Below are positions 1 to 8,950 of a stretch of DNA of 64,000 nucleotides, one piece after another. Numbering within the stretch: the stretch's first letter is position 1; each line of letters opens with the position of its first letter. Under the pieces are notes generated by a model that saw nothing but the letters and a program-made list of their open reading frames with translations, had not been told where the DNA came from and searched no databases. The translations under genes and the position numbers were made by a program. The DNA comes from an uncultured bacterium (GTDB lineage Bacteria; Acidobacteriota; Vicinamibacteria; Vicinamibacterales; UBA2999): assembly GCA_963923455.1 (NCBI GenBank), contig CAWULT010000005.1, positions 3,003 to 67,002 of the forward strand, read 5' to 3'.

Positions 1-71
1 CCGGTGAACCGGAGTCCGGCCCGGCTCCAGACCTAGGTCCTGGGGCGCAAGTTCTCAGGGATACAGTCGAT

Positions 72-99
72 GGCACAGCTCTCGCGCTCGAGCTGTGCC
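72..99. terminator. Perfect 10-bp GC-rich inverted repeat (GGCACAGCTC / GAGCTGTGCC, 8-nt loop). It may be a terminator or boundary of whatever lies upstream of the window.
   Basis: Read directly from the sequence: 72-81 pairs with 90-99. No U-tract follows, so the function is uncertain. Confidence 0.25.
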
Positions 100-437
100 G
101 TAGAGCTCGCCTCCTGCCGATAGACCGAGTGGGTTTTCGGATTCTGTCAGGCACGTCGGAGTTGAGCACCATTTTGTGTCAGGTGCCGGAGACGTAGAGA
201 CGAATGTTCAAGCTGGCACCGATGAAAGTCCGGCTAAGGGAAGACATCTTGGCGAATCTTTGGTGAGCCAAGGCCAAATTTTCGAGCCATTGGGCGTTTT
301 CTCAACCATTTCCAGCACGGCAGGATTCTTGGAAGTGGATAGGTCGCCGGCGGGTTCAGGCAGGGCCCGAGTCGTTTTCGCCCGAGCCTGACGCTCCTTC
401 GAAGGGGCCTTGGCAGTCGCGAATATGTGACTGAGAG

Positions 438-449
438 AGCGGTAGCCTG
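438..449 (+). promoter_or_regulatory. ops-like element (AGCGGTAGCCTG) in the untranslated leader of the EPS operon
   Basis: It matches the enterobacterial RfaH-recruiting ops element (GGCGGTAGnnTG as I recall it) at every fixed position except the first. It lies on the coding strand about 110 nt upstream of the first gene. It could be chance. Confidence 0.25.
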
Positions 450-557
450 TCCACCCTTCGACCCGAGCCGTCCGCATCACTTGTTTGGCTATACGTACAA
501 TTGGTGTTTTTCTCCGTTCCTCGGTCAGCAGAATCGGAAAGAAGGAAGTGAGGCGTC

Positions 558-2720
558 GTGAGTAACATCGTCAGGCGAGACCAGGTCGATCTGCCCTCAC
601 GCCGGCCCCTGGCCGAAGACTCGGGGTTCGACTGGCAGGACCAGTTGAACGCCCGCCGGTTGGTCTCGCGGCTGCTCAAGCGCAAGCGCCAGGTCCTGTT
701 CGTCTTCCTTGCCGTCGTGGCGCCGGCGGTCGCGGTCACCTACCTGACGACGCCGCTATACAAATCGAGCGCGCTGGTGCAGGTGAACCCCGACCCCGTT
801 CAGGTCCTGCCCTACCGGGACGTCGCTGATGCAGTTGCCGGCGCCGGCAGCAACAACTACGACAACTACGTTGGCACCCAGGACCAGATCCTTCGGGGTG
901 CCGCGCTTCGTACGCGCGTCGCTCGTCGGCTGCAGAGCGACTTCAAGGAGAAGCCCGAGGCCGCCGAGGCGGCCAGGCTGGCGGACAACTTCGACGTCAG
1001 GAAGGTCGAGCGCAGCGAGCTATTCGAGCTCAGTTACTTGGCCCCCAACCCAAGCGTCGCTGCCACTGTGGTGAACCTCTACGCGGAGGAGTACGCGAAG
1101 CAGAACTTCGAGTTGCGCCAGGCCACCCGTGTCAAGGCCGAGGAGGATCTCAAGAAGGAACTCACCGCGCTCGAGTCACGGATGCAGCTCTCGGAAAAGG
1201 AGTTGATGACCTACGCCCGCACGAACGACATCCTCAGTCTGGAGCAGGGGCAGGTCGATCCTCTGCAGGAGAGGCTGTCGGCGCTGACACAGCAGGTGAC
1301 GGAGGCGGAGGCCACGGTTGCGACCGCGCGCTCCGGCTACCAGAAGGTCCAGCAGGCGTCGCTCGACGACTTCCCGCAAGGCCTGGTCACGGACCAGATC
1401 AGTCAGGTCGAGGGCAAGCTCCTCACCTTGGAGCAGGACCTGACGAACCTGCGCGCGACCTTCGGCGAGAACTGGCCGGCGGTGAAGGAGAAGCGTGGAG
1501 AAGTCAACGTGGTGCGGGAACAGCTGGCCCGTGAGAAGACGCTGGCGTTGGCAAGGAGCCGCGAACAGGCCCGCCTCGATCTCGAGGCCGCAGAGGTCAG
1601 GCGCCAGCTGGCGACACAGTCCCTCGACCAGCAGAAGACGCTCGTCAACCGGTTCCACGACGCGTCCATTCAGTACAACATCCTCAAGCGCGACGTCGAC
1701 ACGAACCGGAACCTGTACGAGGGTCTGCTCGAGCGCCTCCGCCAGACCGGCGTGATGACGGGATTCCAGTTCGGGAACATCCAGGTCATCGAGCCCGGCC
1801 GCCCCAGCCGCATCGCAGACAGTCCCAAGGTCGTGCTGATCGTGGGCCTGGCCGCGCTGCTCGGACTTGCGCTCGGCGTGTGCCTGGTCGTGCTCCAGGA
1901 GTTCTGGGACAACTCGATCTCGACGCTCGAGGACGCGGAACAGCTCGCGCCGCTGCCCAGCCTCGGCAGCATTCCGCTGATGGTCGAGAGCAAGCCGGGC
2001 CGGGCGCTGCTGTCGCGCAGGGCGGCACCGTCTCCCAACCCGCCGAACACCAGTGTCGCCCTGCAGCCGGCGGTGCCGTTCCACGTCACCGAGTCCATGC
2101 GGTCCATTTGCGCCTCGATCCTGCTGTCGCGGTCGGACGAGCGGCCGCGGGTGATCGTCGTCACGTCGTCCACGCCGTCCGAAGGCAAGACCACTCTGGT
2201 CACGCATCTCGGGCGAGCCTTCGCCGAGGCGGGATCGCGGACCCTGCTGATCGAGGCGGACATGCGGAAGCCCGATCTGGCCAAGGCGTTCTCCGTCGGC
2301 AACGAGGACGGGCTCAGCCTGTACCTGGCCGGGCACGTGTCCCCGTGGCCCAAGATCCACGAAACGGCGATCCACAACCTGTTCGTGACCTCGGGCGGGC
2401 CGGTGCCGCCCAACCCCGCCGCGCTGCTGCACTCGGAGCGCCTGTCCAACTTCCTGAGGGCCGCTGCCGCGGACTATCAGGTGGTGATCGTCGACGCGCC
2501 GCCGCTGTCGATGGCCGACGCGCGCATCCTCGGCGCCAACGCCGACGGTGTCGTGCTGGTCGTCCGTGCCGGCCGTACGGCCCGCAATCTCGTGCGCCGC
2601 TCGTACGCGCAGCTCGAGGCGGCCGGGGCCAACGTGCTCGGTATGGTGCTGAACGGCGAGGAGCCGGACGCGGTGAGCTCGAGCTACTACCAGCGCTACC
2701 ACTACTCGCAGTCCGCCTAG
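558..2720 (+). CDS. Polysaccharide co-polymerase / chain-length regulator fused to a BY-kinase (Wzc/GumC/EpsG-like, PCP-2a type)
   Basis: 720-aa ORF with a GTG start 4 nt after GAGG. It has an N-terminal TM helix ([14 protein letters not shown]), a long coiled-coil region and a second TM helix. The P-loop kinase follows: Walker [12 protein letters not shown]' [19 protein letters not shown], and a Tyr-rich tail [14 protein letters not shown]. Confidence 0.9.
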   Translation: MSNIVRRDQVDLPSRRPLAEDSGFDWQDQLNARRLVSRLLKRKRQVLFVFLAVVAPAVAVTYLTTPLYKSSALVQVNPDPVQVLPYRDVADAVAGAGSNNYDNYVGTQDQILRGAALRTRVARRLQSDFKEKPEAAEAARLADNFDVRKVERSELFELSYLAPNPSVAATVVNLYAEEYAKQNFELRQATRVKAEEDLKKELTALESRMQLSEKELMTYARTNDILSLEQGQVDPLQERLSALTQQVTEAEATVATARSGYQKVQQASLDDFPQGLVTDQISQVEGKLLTLEQDLTNLRATFGENWPAVKEKRGEVNVVREQLAREKTLALARSREQARLDLEAAEVRRQLATQSLDQQKTLVNRFHDASIQYNILKRDVDTNRNLYEGLLERLRQTGVMTGFQFGNIQVIEPGRPSRIADSPKVVLIVGLAALLGLALGVCLVVLQEFWDNSISTLEDAEQLAPLPSLGSIPLMVESKPGRALLSRRAAPSPNPPNTSVALQPAVPFHVTESMRSICASILLSRSDERPRVIVVTSSTPSEGKTTLVTHLGRAFAEAGSRTLLIEADMRKPDLAKAFSVGNEDGLSLYLAGHVSPWPKIHETAIHNLFVTSGGPVPPNPAALLHSERLSNFLRAAAADYQVVIVDAPPLSMADARILGANADGVVLVVRAGRTARNLVRRSYAQLEAAGANVLGMVLNGEEPDAVSSSYYQRYHYSQSA

Positions 2721-2724
2721 CGCC

Positions 2725-3462
2725 GTGTCCGGCGTCCTTTCGCAACTTGGGCTCTACATCAGCCGGCAGGCATCCAGCCCGTGGCGGTACCTGCTGGAGA
2801 CGCTGGTGCTCGAGACGTGCGGCTGGGTGCCGTCGCTCCCGGGAATCGGCCTCCGGGCGCTGGCCTATCGCGCGATCCTCAAGATGCACGGGCTGGCGGC
2901 GATCGAGAAGGGCGTGCGAATCCGCTTCGCCGGCAACGTCGAGCTGGATCACGGGGTGTACCTGGATCAGAACGTGTACTTGCACGCGTGTCCGAACGGC
3001 ATTCACATCGGCCGCGACACGCTCGTCATGCACGGCTCGGTCCTGCACGTCTACAACTTCCGTGGCATTCGGCACGCAGGCATCACGATCGGAGACGGCA
3101 CGCTGATCGGTGAATACAACGTGATTCGCGGCCAGGGCGGGGTGCGGATCGGCAACCGCGTCTACACGTCGCCGATGGTGCAGATGCTGGCGGTGAACCA
3201 CCTGTTCGACGACCCGGAACGCCCGTTCGTGGACCAGGGCATCACGGCCGAGGGCATCACGGTCGAGGATGACGTGTGGATCGGTTCGGGGGCGGTCGTG
3301 ACGGACGGCGTCACGATCGGCCGGGGATCGGTCGTCGCGGCGGGCGCGGTCGTGACGCGAGACGTGCCGCCGAGGACCGTGGTGGCCGGCTCGCCGGCCA
3401 AGGTGATTCGCGAAGTCGGGGCCTCGCGCAGCACGCGCGCCCCGCAGCAGGTCTACTTCTAG
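2725..3462 (+). CDS. Hexapeptide-repeat (left-handed beta-helix) acetyl/acyltransferase
   Basis: 245 aa. The C-terminal [45 protein letters not shown] is the classic LbH acetyltransferase signature. Confidence 0.85.
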   Translation: MSGVLSQLGLYISRQASSPWRYLLETLVLETCGWVPSLPGIGLRALAYRAILKMHGLAAIEKGVRIRFAGNVELDHGVYLDQNVYLHACPNGIHIGRDTLVMHGSVLHVYNFRGIRHAGITIGDGTLIGEYNVIRGQGGVRIGNRVYTSPMVQMLAVNHLFDDPERPFVDQGITAEGITVEDDVWIGSGAVVTDGVTIGRGSVVAAGAVVTRDVPPRTVVAGSPAKVIREVGASRSTRAPQQVYF

Positions 3463-3473
3463 GAGCCTTCGAG

Positions 3474-4751
3474 ATGGCACAGAACGCAGAAGGGCTGACG
3501 CTTTCCGTCGTGATCCCGGCCCTCAACGAGGAAGACGGCATCGCCGAGATCGCCCAGCGGGTGCTGGCGACGCGGAGCGCCTTGCGGGACGCCGGCGTGT
3601 CCGACCTCGAGCTGATCGTGGTCGACGACGGTTCGGTCGACGGCACGGCCCGCATCGTCCAGCAGATGGAGGGTGTGGTGCTGGTCCGGCACACCGTGAA
3701 CCAGGGCTACGGTGCCGCGATCAAGACCGGGTTCGGCAAGGCACGCGGCGAACTGCTGGCGTTTCTGGACGCCGACAGCACGTACCCGCCCGAGTACTTC
3801 ACGAAGCTCTGCCAGGCGATCGTCCGCGACGGCGCCGACGTCGCGATCGGTTCGCGCCGATCCGGCGAGAGCAGCGGCATGCCGGCGATTCGGCGGCTCG
3901 GCAACATGATCTGGTCGAACCTGCTCACCCTCATCGGCAACGCGCGCGTGCAGGATCCGGCCAGCGGCATGCGCGTGCTGCGCCGCGAGTGTCTGCAGCA
4001 GCTCTACCCTCTCCCGGACGGCCTCAACTTCACACCCGTCATGAGCACCCGGTCGCTGCACGAGGACCTGGTCGTCTCCGAGATTCCGATTCCGTACGCC
4101 GAGCGATCGGGACGGTCGAAGCTGAGCGTGGTCCGCGACGGCCTCCGCTTCCTCGGCACGATTGTCTGGACCGCGCTGCAGTACAACCCGGCCCGCATCT
4201 TCGAATTGGCGGGATTCGTGGCGTTCAGCGTGGCCGCGCTCATCGGCGGGTTGTTCGTCGTGGCCCGCTTGCAGGGCGTGACCGACCTGGGACCGTGGGG
4301 TGTCTTCGCGGGGTACGTCAGCCTGATCCTCGCGGTTGGCGGCGTCAGCCTGTTCTCACTCGGCACCTCGTTCAACCGGCTCGTGGCCCTGGTCCATCAC
4401 CGGCCGATCCGCCAGGCGAACCTCGTCGGCAGCGTGCTCGGCCCGGCCCCGGAGCGTCATTTCGGCTGGGTCGGGTTCGTCCTGGTCCTGGTCGGCGTCA
4501 TGATGGGCATCGCGAGCCTCGTGCTGGGGCTGAACGGCTGGCAGATCACCCGCCTCTGGTTCTGGCTGCTCGGAAGCGCCCTGTTCACGCTCGTCGGCGG
4601 ACAGCTCATGCTGTTCCGCATGCTGATCCGCGTCGTCGACACGCTCGACGAGCGTGAGGACCGCATCGGCGCCGACCTGGAGCGGTCGAACCGGGCGGTG
4701 GCGACCGTGCACGTCGGCCAGCCCGCACTGACGGGGTCTCGCGTCAACTAG
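3474..4751 (+). CDS. GT2 polyprenyl-phosphate glycosyltransferase (ArnC/GtrB/DPM1-like) with a C-terminal TM bundle
   Basis: ATG at 3474, in frame within the 3276 ORF. The upstream extension is Arg/Gly-rich and overlaps the previous gene. Motifs are LSVVIPALNEEDGI, IVVDDGSVDGT, NQGYGAAIKTGF and LDADSTYPP, followed by about 4 hydrophobic helices. Confidence 0.8.
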   Translation: MAQNAEGLTLSVVIPALNEEDGIAEIAQRVLATRSALRDAGVSDLELIVVDDGSVDGTARIVQQMEGVVLVRHTVNQGYGAAIKTGFGKARGELLAFLDADSTYPPEYFTKLCQAIVRDGADVAIGSRRSGESSGMPAIRRLGNMIWSNLLTLIGNARVQDPASGMRVLRRECLQQLYPLPDGLNFTPVMSTRSLHEDLVVSEIPIPYAERSGRSKLSVVRDGLRFLGTIVWTALQYNPARIFELAGFVAFSVAALIGGLFVVARLQGVTDLGPWGVFAGYVSLILAVGGVSLFSLGTSFNRLVALVHHRPIRQANLVGSVLGPAPERHFGWVGFVLVLVGVMMGIASLVLGLNGWQITRLWFWLLGSALFTLVGGQLMLFRMLIRVVDTLDEREDRIGADLERSNRAVATVHVGQPALTGSRVN

Positions 4752-4775
4752 GTCTCTTCCGCAAGCGAGGGAATC

Positions 4776-6506
4776 GTGTCCTCCAACGACGAACAGCAGT
4801 CCACCGTCATCTCCGTCAACGACCTGCGCCACAACCTCGGCACGCGGCCGGTCAAGCCCGTGAGGAACCTCGGGTTCCCTGACGCGGGGTCCGTGGTGCG
4901 CAACCTCACGCAGCGCCGGCCGGCCGACGCCGTCGACGTCCTGCTGGTCAATCCGCCGTCGCCGGACGGCGGCATCTGGATCCGGACGCAGCACCGCGTC
5001 GGCCGCCGCAGCCGCGAGGAGATGGTGTGGCCACAGTGCTCCCTCGCGCAGCTGGCCGCGATGCTGCACCCCGACTACTCGGTGGCCGTCATCGACGCCA
5101 TCGCCGAGCGCATGGGGTGGGAGGAGTTCGAGCAGCGTGTCCGCAAGCTGGCGCCCAAGTACTACCTGACGCAGGCCACGGCGCCGACGCTGACCAATGA
5201 CATGTACGGCGTGATGCTCGCCAAGAGCATCGGCGCGCGGACAATCGCGTTCGGCACGCACGTCACGCCGATGCCCTTCGAGACGATGCGCGACTATCCG
5301 GCGCTCGACTTCGTGCTCCGAGGCGAGCCCGAGCTGACACTGCGCGAACTCATCGACGTCCTGGAACCGCCGAGAAGCGAGCGCCCGGCGTGGGTCACCG
5401 CGATGTTCAGGGAGACGGACCCGACCTGGCAGCCATCTCAGCCGGGAGCGCCGGAGCGCGAGTCGCTGGCCGACATCAAGGGGCTCGTGTGGCGCGACGG
5501 CGCCGAGTACCGGCAGAATCCCGACCGGCCGTTCTTCCCGAGCCTCGACGCGTTGCCGGTCCCGATGTACGACCTGCTACCGCTGCAGACGTACCGGATG
5601 CCGCTGATGAAGGGCCCGTTCTGCTTCATCGTGACGAGTCGCGGCTGCCCGGCCGGCTGCAAGTACTGCATCAAGCACGTCTCCTACCAGTGGTCCGTTC
5701 GCCTGCTGTCGCCGGAGCGTGTCGTCCACGAGATCGAGCTGCTCTACAGCCGGGGTATCCGCAACATCCACATGTACGCCGACCTGTTCACCGTGAACCG
5801 CGAGCAGGTCGTCGGCATCTGCAACCTGATCATCCAGAAGGGCCTCAAGATCCGGTGGACCTGCAACAGCCGCGTCGACTACGTCGACGAGGAGATGCTC
5901 ACGCTGATGGGCAAGGCCGGCTGCTGGCTGATCTCATGGGGCATCGAGAGCGGCAACGAGCTCGTGCTGCGGAAGGCCGCGAAGGGCGCCAACCCGAAGA
6001 AGGCCCACCAGGCGCTCACGTGGTCGCGCAACGCGGGAATCAAGAACTGGGGCTACTTCATCATCGGCCTGCCGGGGGAGACGGTCGAGACGATCCGCGA
6101 GACGATCGACCTGGCCAAGTCGCTGCCCCTCGAGATCGCGCTGTTCCACGTGGCTGCGCCCTATCCGGGCACCCCGTTCTTCTTCGAGGTGGTCGAGAAC
6201 GGCTGGTTCCGGGAAGGCACGCAGTGGGAGCAGGTCGACATGGACAAGGGCACCGTGCTCCAGTACGACAACCTGTCCGCTGAGGACCTGCTCTACTGGC
6301 AGCGCCGCGCGTTCCGCGAGTGGGCCTTCCGGCCGGGACCGATGCTGACGTACCTGAAGATGCTCTGCTCCGATCCCCAGACCTTCAAGCGGGCCGTGCG
6401 CGTCGGCGTCGAGCACCTCGGCTGGGCGCTCGGGACCTCGAAGCACGGGGCGGCCCCGGCCGACGGCGGTGGGCGCGGCGCGCCAGCCGGCACGCAGGCG
6501 GTCTGA
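4776..6506 (+). CDS. B12-binding-domain radical SAM enzyme
   Basis: 576 aa with a GTG start 5 nt after GAGG. An N-terminal VLLVNPPSP...-type cobalamin-binding-like domain precedes the CxxxCxxC cluster (SRGCPAGCKYC, 5646-5669). Confidence 0.8.
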   Translation: MSSNDEQQSTVISVNDLRHNLGTRPVKPVRNLGFPDAGSVVRNLTQRRPADAVDVLLVNPPSPDGGIWIRTQHRVGRRSREEMVWPQCSLAQLAAMLHPDYSVAVIDAIAERMGWEEFEQRVRKLAPKYYLTQATAPTLTNDMYGVMLAKSIGARTIAFGTHVTPMPFETMRDYPALDFVLRGEPELTLRELIDVLEPPRSERPAWVTAMFRETDPTWQPSQPGAPERESLADIKGLVWRDGAEYRQNPDRPFFPSLDALPVPMYDLLPLQTYRMPLMKGPFCFIVTSRGCPAGCKYCIKHVSYQWSVRLLSPERVVHEIELLYSRGIRNIHMYADLFTVNREQVVGICNLIIQKGLKIRWTCNSRVDYVDEEMLTLMGKAGCWLISWGIESGNELVLRKAAKGANPKKAHQALTWSRNAGIKNWGYFIIGLPGETVETIRETIDLAKSLPLEIALFHVAAPYPGTPFFFEVVENGWFREGTQWEQVDMDKGTVLQYDNLSAEDLLYWQRRAFREWAFRPGPMLTYLKMLCSDPQTFKRAVRVGVEHLGWALGTSKHGAAPADGGGRGAPAGTQAV

Positions 6507-6530
6507 GCGCGAACGGCTCCGTACTGCACG

Positions 6531-7994
6531 ATGGGCAACCGTACCTTCTGGATCGCCGGGGCGGCGCTGGCGACGCTGGCGGCGCTCGCTGGCGTCGCGC
6601 TGCCGTCGACGGCGTACGCGAACGCGTACATCGGCGTCGTAGCGCTGCTAGCGGTTTCCTTGGTCGGCGTCGTGGGGCTGGTGGTGCAGATGGAGGCGCC
6701 GCTGCTCGGCTACGCGCTGCTCGTGGTCATGGGTGTCTTCTATCCCCTAGAGTTCCGGGCGCCGGGGTTGGGCGTGTCGGTGGGAGCGGCATTTCCGCTC
6801 GCGGCCCTGCTGTGCGGGGTCTGGTTGCTGCACTTCGCGTTCGTGTCGCGAATTCCGCTGGACCGGTCGCGGCTGGTCGCATCCAGCCTGGTGTTCGTGG
6901 GACTGACGATGGTGTCGTTCCTCGCGGGGCAACTGCCGTGGTTCGACTCCGGCGGCGCCCCGGTCCCGGCCCAGATCGCCGAACTGGCGCTGTTCCTGGT
7001 GTCGGTGCTCCTGTTCCTGGCCGTCGGTCATCAGCTGACGTCGCTGCGTGACCTCAAGTGGCTCACGTGGCTGCTCATCGTCACGGGTATGGCCGCAGCC
7101 GTGATCCAGAGCGTGCCGTCGCTCGAGTCCTTCGGCCGCATGACGACCCACCAGGGGTCTGTGGGCAGCCTCTTCTGGACGTGGCTGGCGGCGGTGAGCT
7201 TCGCGCAGGCGCTCTACAACCGCGGCCTGCCGTGGAAGGTTCGTGGCTTCGCCCTGTCCGTGACCGCACTCGTCTTCTTCCACGGCCTCTATCAGGCGCG
7301 CGATTGGGCCTCGGGGTGGCTCCCCCCGCTCATCGCGGTGGGGGTGATCGCGCTGCTCCGCTTCCCGCGCACGACCGCCGCTGCCGTCGTCGTCGGCGGG
7401 CCCGCCGTGCTGCTGCTGGGCCGCGCATTGGTCGGGGACATCGAAACGGACGAGCAGTACAGCATGAGCACCCGCTGGGGCGCGCTGCTGACGCTGTGGA
7501 ACCTGGTCAAGCGCAGTCCCATCCTCGGCACCGGTCTCGCCAACTACTACTACTTCGCGGAGAACCTGCCCATCATGGGCTGGTACGTGCGGTTCATCTC
7601 GCACAACAACTACCAGGACCTGCTGGTGCAGACGGGGCTCCTGGGGCTGCTGGCGTTCTGCTGGTTCGCGTTCGAGGCGATCTGGCTGACGCTCTACGTC
7701 TATCGCAAGGCTCCGGCCGGATTCCCGAAGGCCTACGCCGTCGCCGTGCTCGGCGGTATTGCGGGCTCGCTTGCCTCGGGCATGCTGGGCGACTGGGTGA
7801 TTCCGTTCTACTACAACGCCGGCATCCTCGGCTTCCGCTCGAGCCTGTTGTTCTGGGTGTTCGCCGGCGGCATCCTGACGATCAAGCGCCAGATCGAGTC
7901 GGAGGCCTGGGTTGGCGCGGAGCGGCTGCGGGCGACGCCGGCCGCGCCCAGGCGGCTGGGCGTACAGCCGGCCGCGTCATCGATCGCGTCATGA
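6531..7994 (+). CDS. O-antigen ligase/polymerase-family polytopic membrane protein (Wzy-like)
   Basis: 487 aa, roughly 10-12 hydrophobic helices. The loop motif ISHNNYQDLLVQTGLLGLLAF is typical of the Wzy_C/O-antigen-ligase family. Confidence 0.7.
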   Translation: MGNRTFWIAGAALATLAALAGVALPSTAYANAYIGVVALLAVSLVGVVGLVVQMEAPLLGYALLVVMGVFYPLEFRAPGLGVSVGAAFPLAALLCGVWLLHFAFVSRIPLDRSRLVASSLVFVGLTMVSFLAGQLPWFDSGGAPVPAQIAELALFLVSVLLFLAVGHQLTSLRDLKWLTWLLIVTGMAAAVIQSVPSLESFGRMTTHQGSVGSLFWTWLAAVSFAQALYNRGLPWKVRGFALSVTALVFFHGLYQARDWASGWLPPLIAVGVIALLRFPRTTAAAVVVGGPAVLLLGRALVGDIETDEQYSMSTRWGALLTLWNLVKRSPILGTGLANYYYFAENLPIMGWYVRFISHNNYQDLLVQTGLLGLLAFCWFAFEAIWLTLYVYRKAPAGFPKAYAVAVLGGIAGSLASGMLGDWVIPFYYNAGILGFRSSLLFWVFAGGILTIKRQIESEAWVGAERLRATPAAPRRLGVQPAASSIAS

Positions 7995-8950
7995 GCCGCC
8001 CCTCGCCTCTCCCATCACACGACGGCCAGACCCTGGCGTCGGTCGTGATCGTCAACTGGAACACGAAGCAGCTCCTTCGGGACTGTCTCGAGTCGGTCGA
8101 CGCTGCGGCGCGCGCGCTGCCCGGCGCCGTCGAGGTCGTCGTCGTCGACAACGCGTCGACCGACGGGAGCGACTCGCTCGTGCGCGACGAGTTCCCGCGC
8201 GTGCGTCTCATTCGCAACGAGACCAACAATGGCTTCGCCGCCGCCAACAATCAGGGCCTGCGCGAGTGTCATGGCCGCTTCCTGCTGCTGCTGAATCCGG
8301 ACACGAAGGTGGCCCCGGACGCGTTCGCCGCGCTCGTGTCGTTCCTCGATACCAATCCCCGTGCCGGGGCGGTCGGACCGCGCATCGTCGGGGGCCAGGG
8401 CGAGCTCCAGGTGTCGTGCTCACCGCTGCCGACGCTGGGCCGGGAGCTGTGGCGCCTGCTGCACCTGGACGCACTTCGGCACGTGTCAATGTATCCCGGC
8501 GGCTGGTGGGCGTCCGACCGGCCGCGGGCGGTCGACATCATCCTCGGCGCCTGCATGCTGATTCGGCGCGATGTGATCGAGCAGGTCGGATCGCTCGATG
8601 AGCGCTTCTTCATCTACACGGAAGAAGTCGACCTGTGCCGGCGGATCCTCGAGGCGGGCTGGGAGATCTACTGGTTGCCGGCGGCCGAGATCGTGCACTA
8701 CGGCGGCGCCAGCACGAGTCAGGTGAGTAGCCGCATGTTCCTCGAGCTCTATCGCAGCAAGGTGCAGTATTTCCGGAAGCACTTCGGTGTGTGGGGCGCG
8801 CTGGCCTACAAAGGCGTTCTGCTGGCCGGGGCGCTGCCGCGGCTGGTGCTGATGCCTGCCGTGGCGGCGCTGGTGCCGTCACGTCGGCGCCGCTCGCTCG
8901 GCGTGCTCAGGAACTATTCGTCGCTGCTCGTGCAACTCCCGGCGCTTTGA
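7991..8950 (+). CDS. GT2 glycosyltransferase (rhamnosyltransferase-like)
   Basis: ATG 7991 overlaps the previous stop (ATGA). Motifs are SVVIVNWNTKQLL, VVVDNASTDGS, NNGFAAANNQG and FFIYTEEVDLCRR. Confidence 0.85.
   Translation: MSRPSPLPSHDGQTLASVVIVNWNTKQLLRDCLESVDAAARALPGAVEVVVVDNASTDGSDSLVRDEFPRVRLIRNETNNGFAAANNQGLRECHGRFLLLLNPDTKVAPDAFAALVSFLDTNPRAGAVGPRIVGGQGELQVSCSPLPTLGRELWRLLHLDALRHVSMYPGGWWASDRPRAVDIILGACMLIRRDVIEQVGSLDERFFIYTEEVDLCRRILEAGWEIYWLPAAEIVHYGGASTSQVSSRMFLELYRSKVQYFRKHFGVWGALAYKGVLLAGALPRLVLMPAVAALVPSRRRRSLGVLRNYSSLLVQLPAL

Noticed and set aside
176-480. ORFs in the leader (176-391 +, 208-480 -, 356-739 -).
   Set aside because: They have no recognisable motifs and no SD. 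They mutually overlap, and their composition is unlike the coding regions. I treat the region as a non-coding leader.
496-501. TACAAT, a near-consensus -10 hexamer 57 nt upstream of the first gene.
   Set aside because: There is no -35-like hexamer at 16-18 nt spacing and no extended -10 TG. Promoter rules for this unknown lineage are uncertain. A single AT-rich hexamer in a lower-GC spacer is weak evidence.
3276-3473. N-terminal extensions given by the longest-ORF track for many genes (3276, 7058, 8791, 9906, 14290, 20387, 28698, 32434, 33449, 39427, 42695, 44172, 46581, 52879, 53814, 56106).
   Set aside because: The extensions are Arg/Gly-rich, overlap the preceding gene in another frame, and precede the point where family N-termini begin. 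Internal starts with SD-like sequences or stop-start overlaps were preferred.
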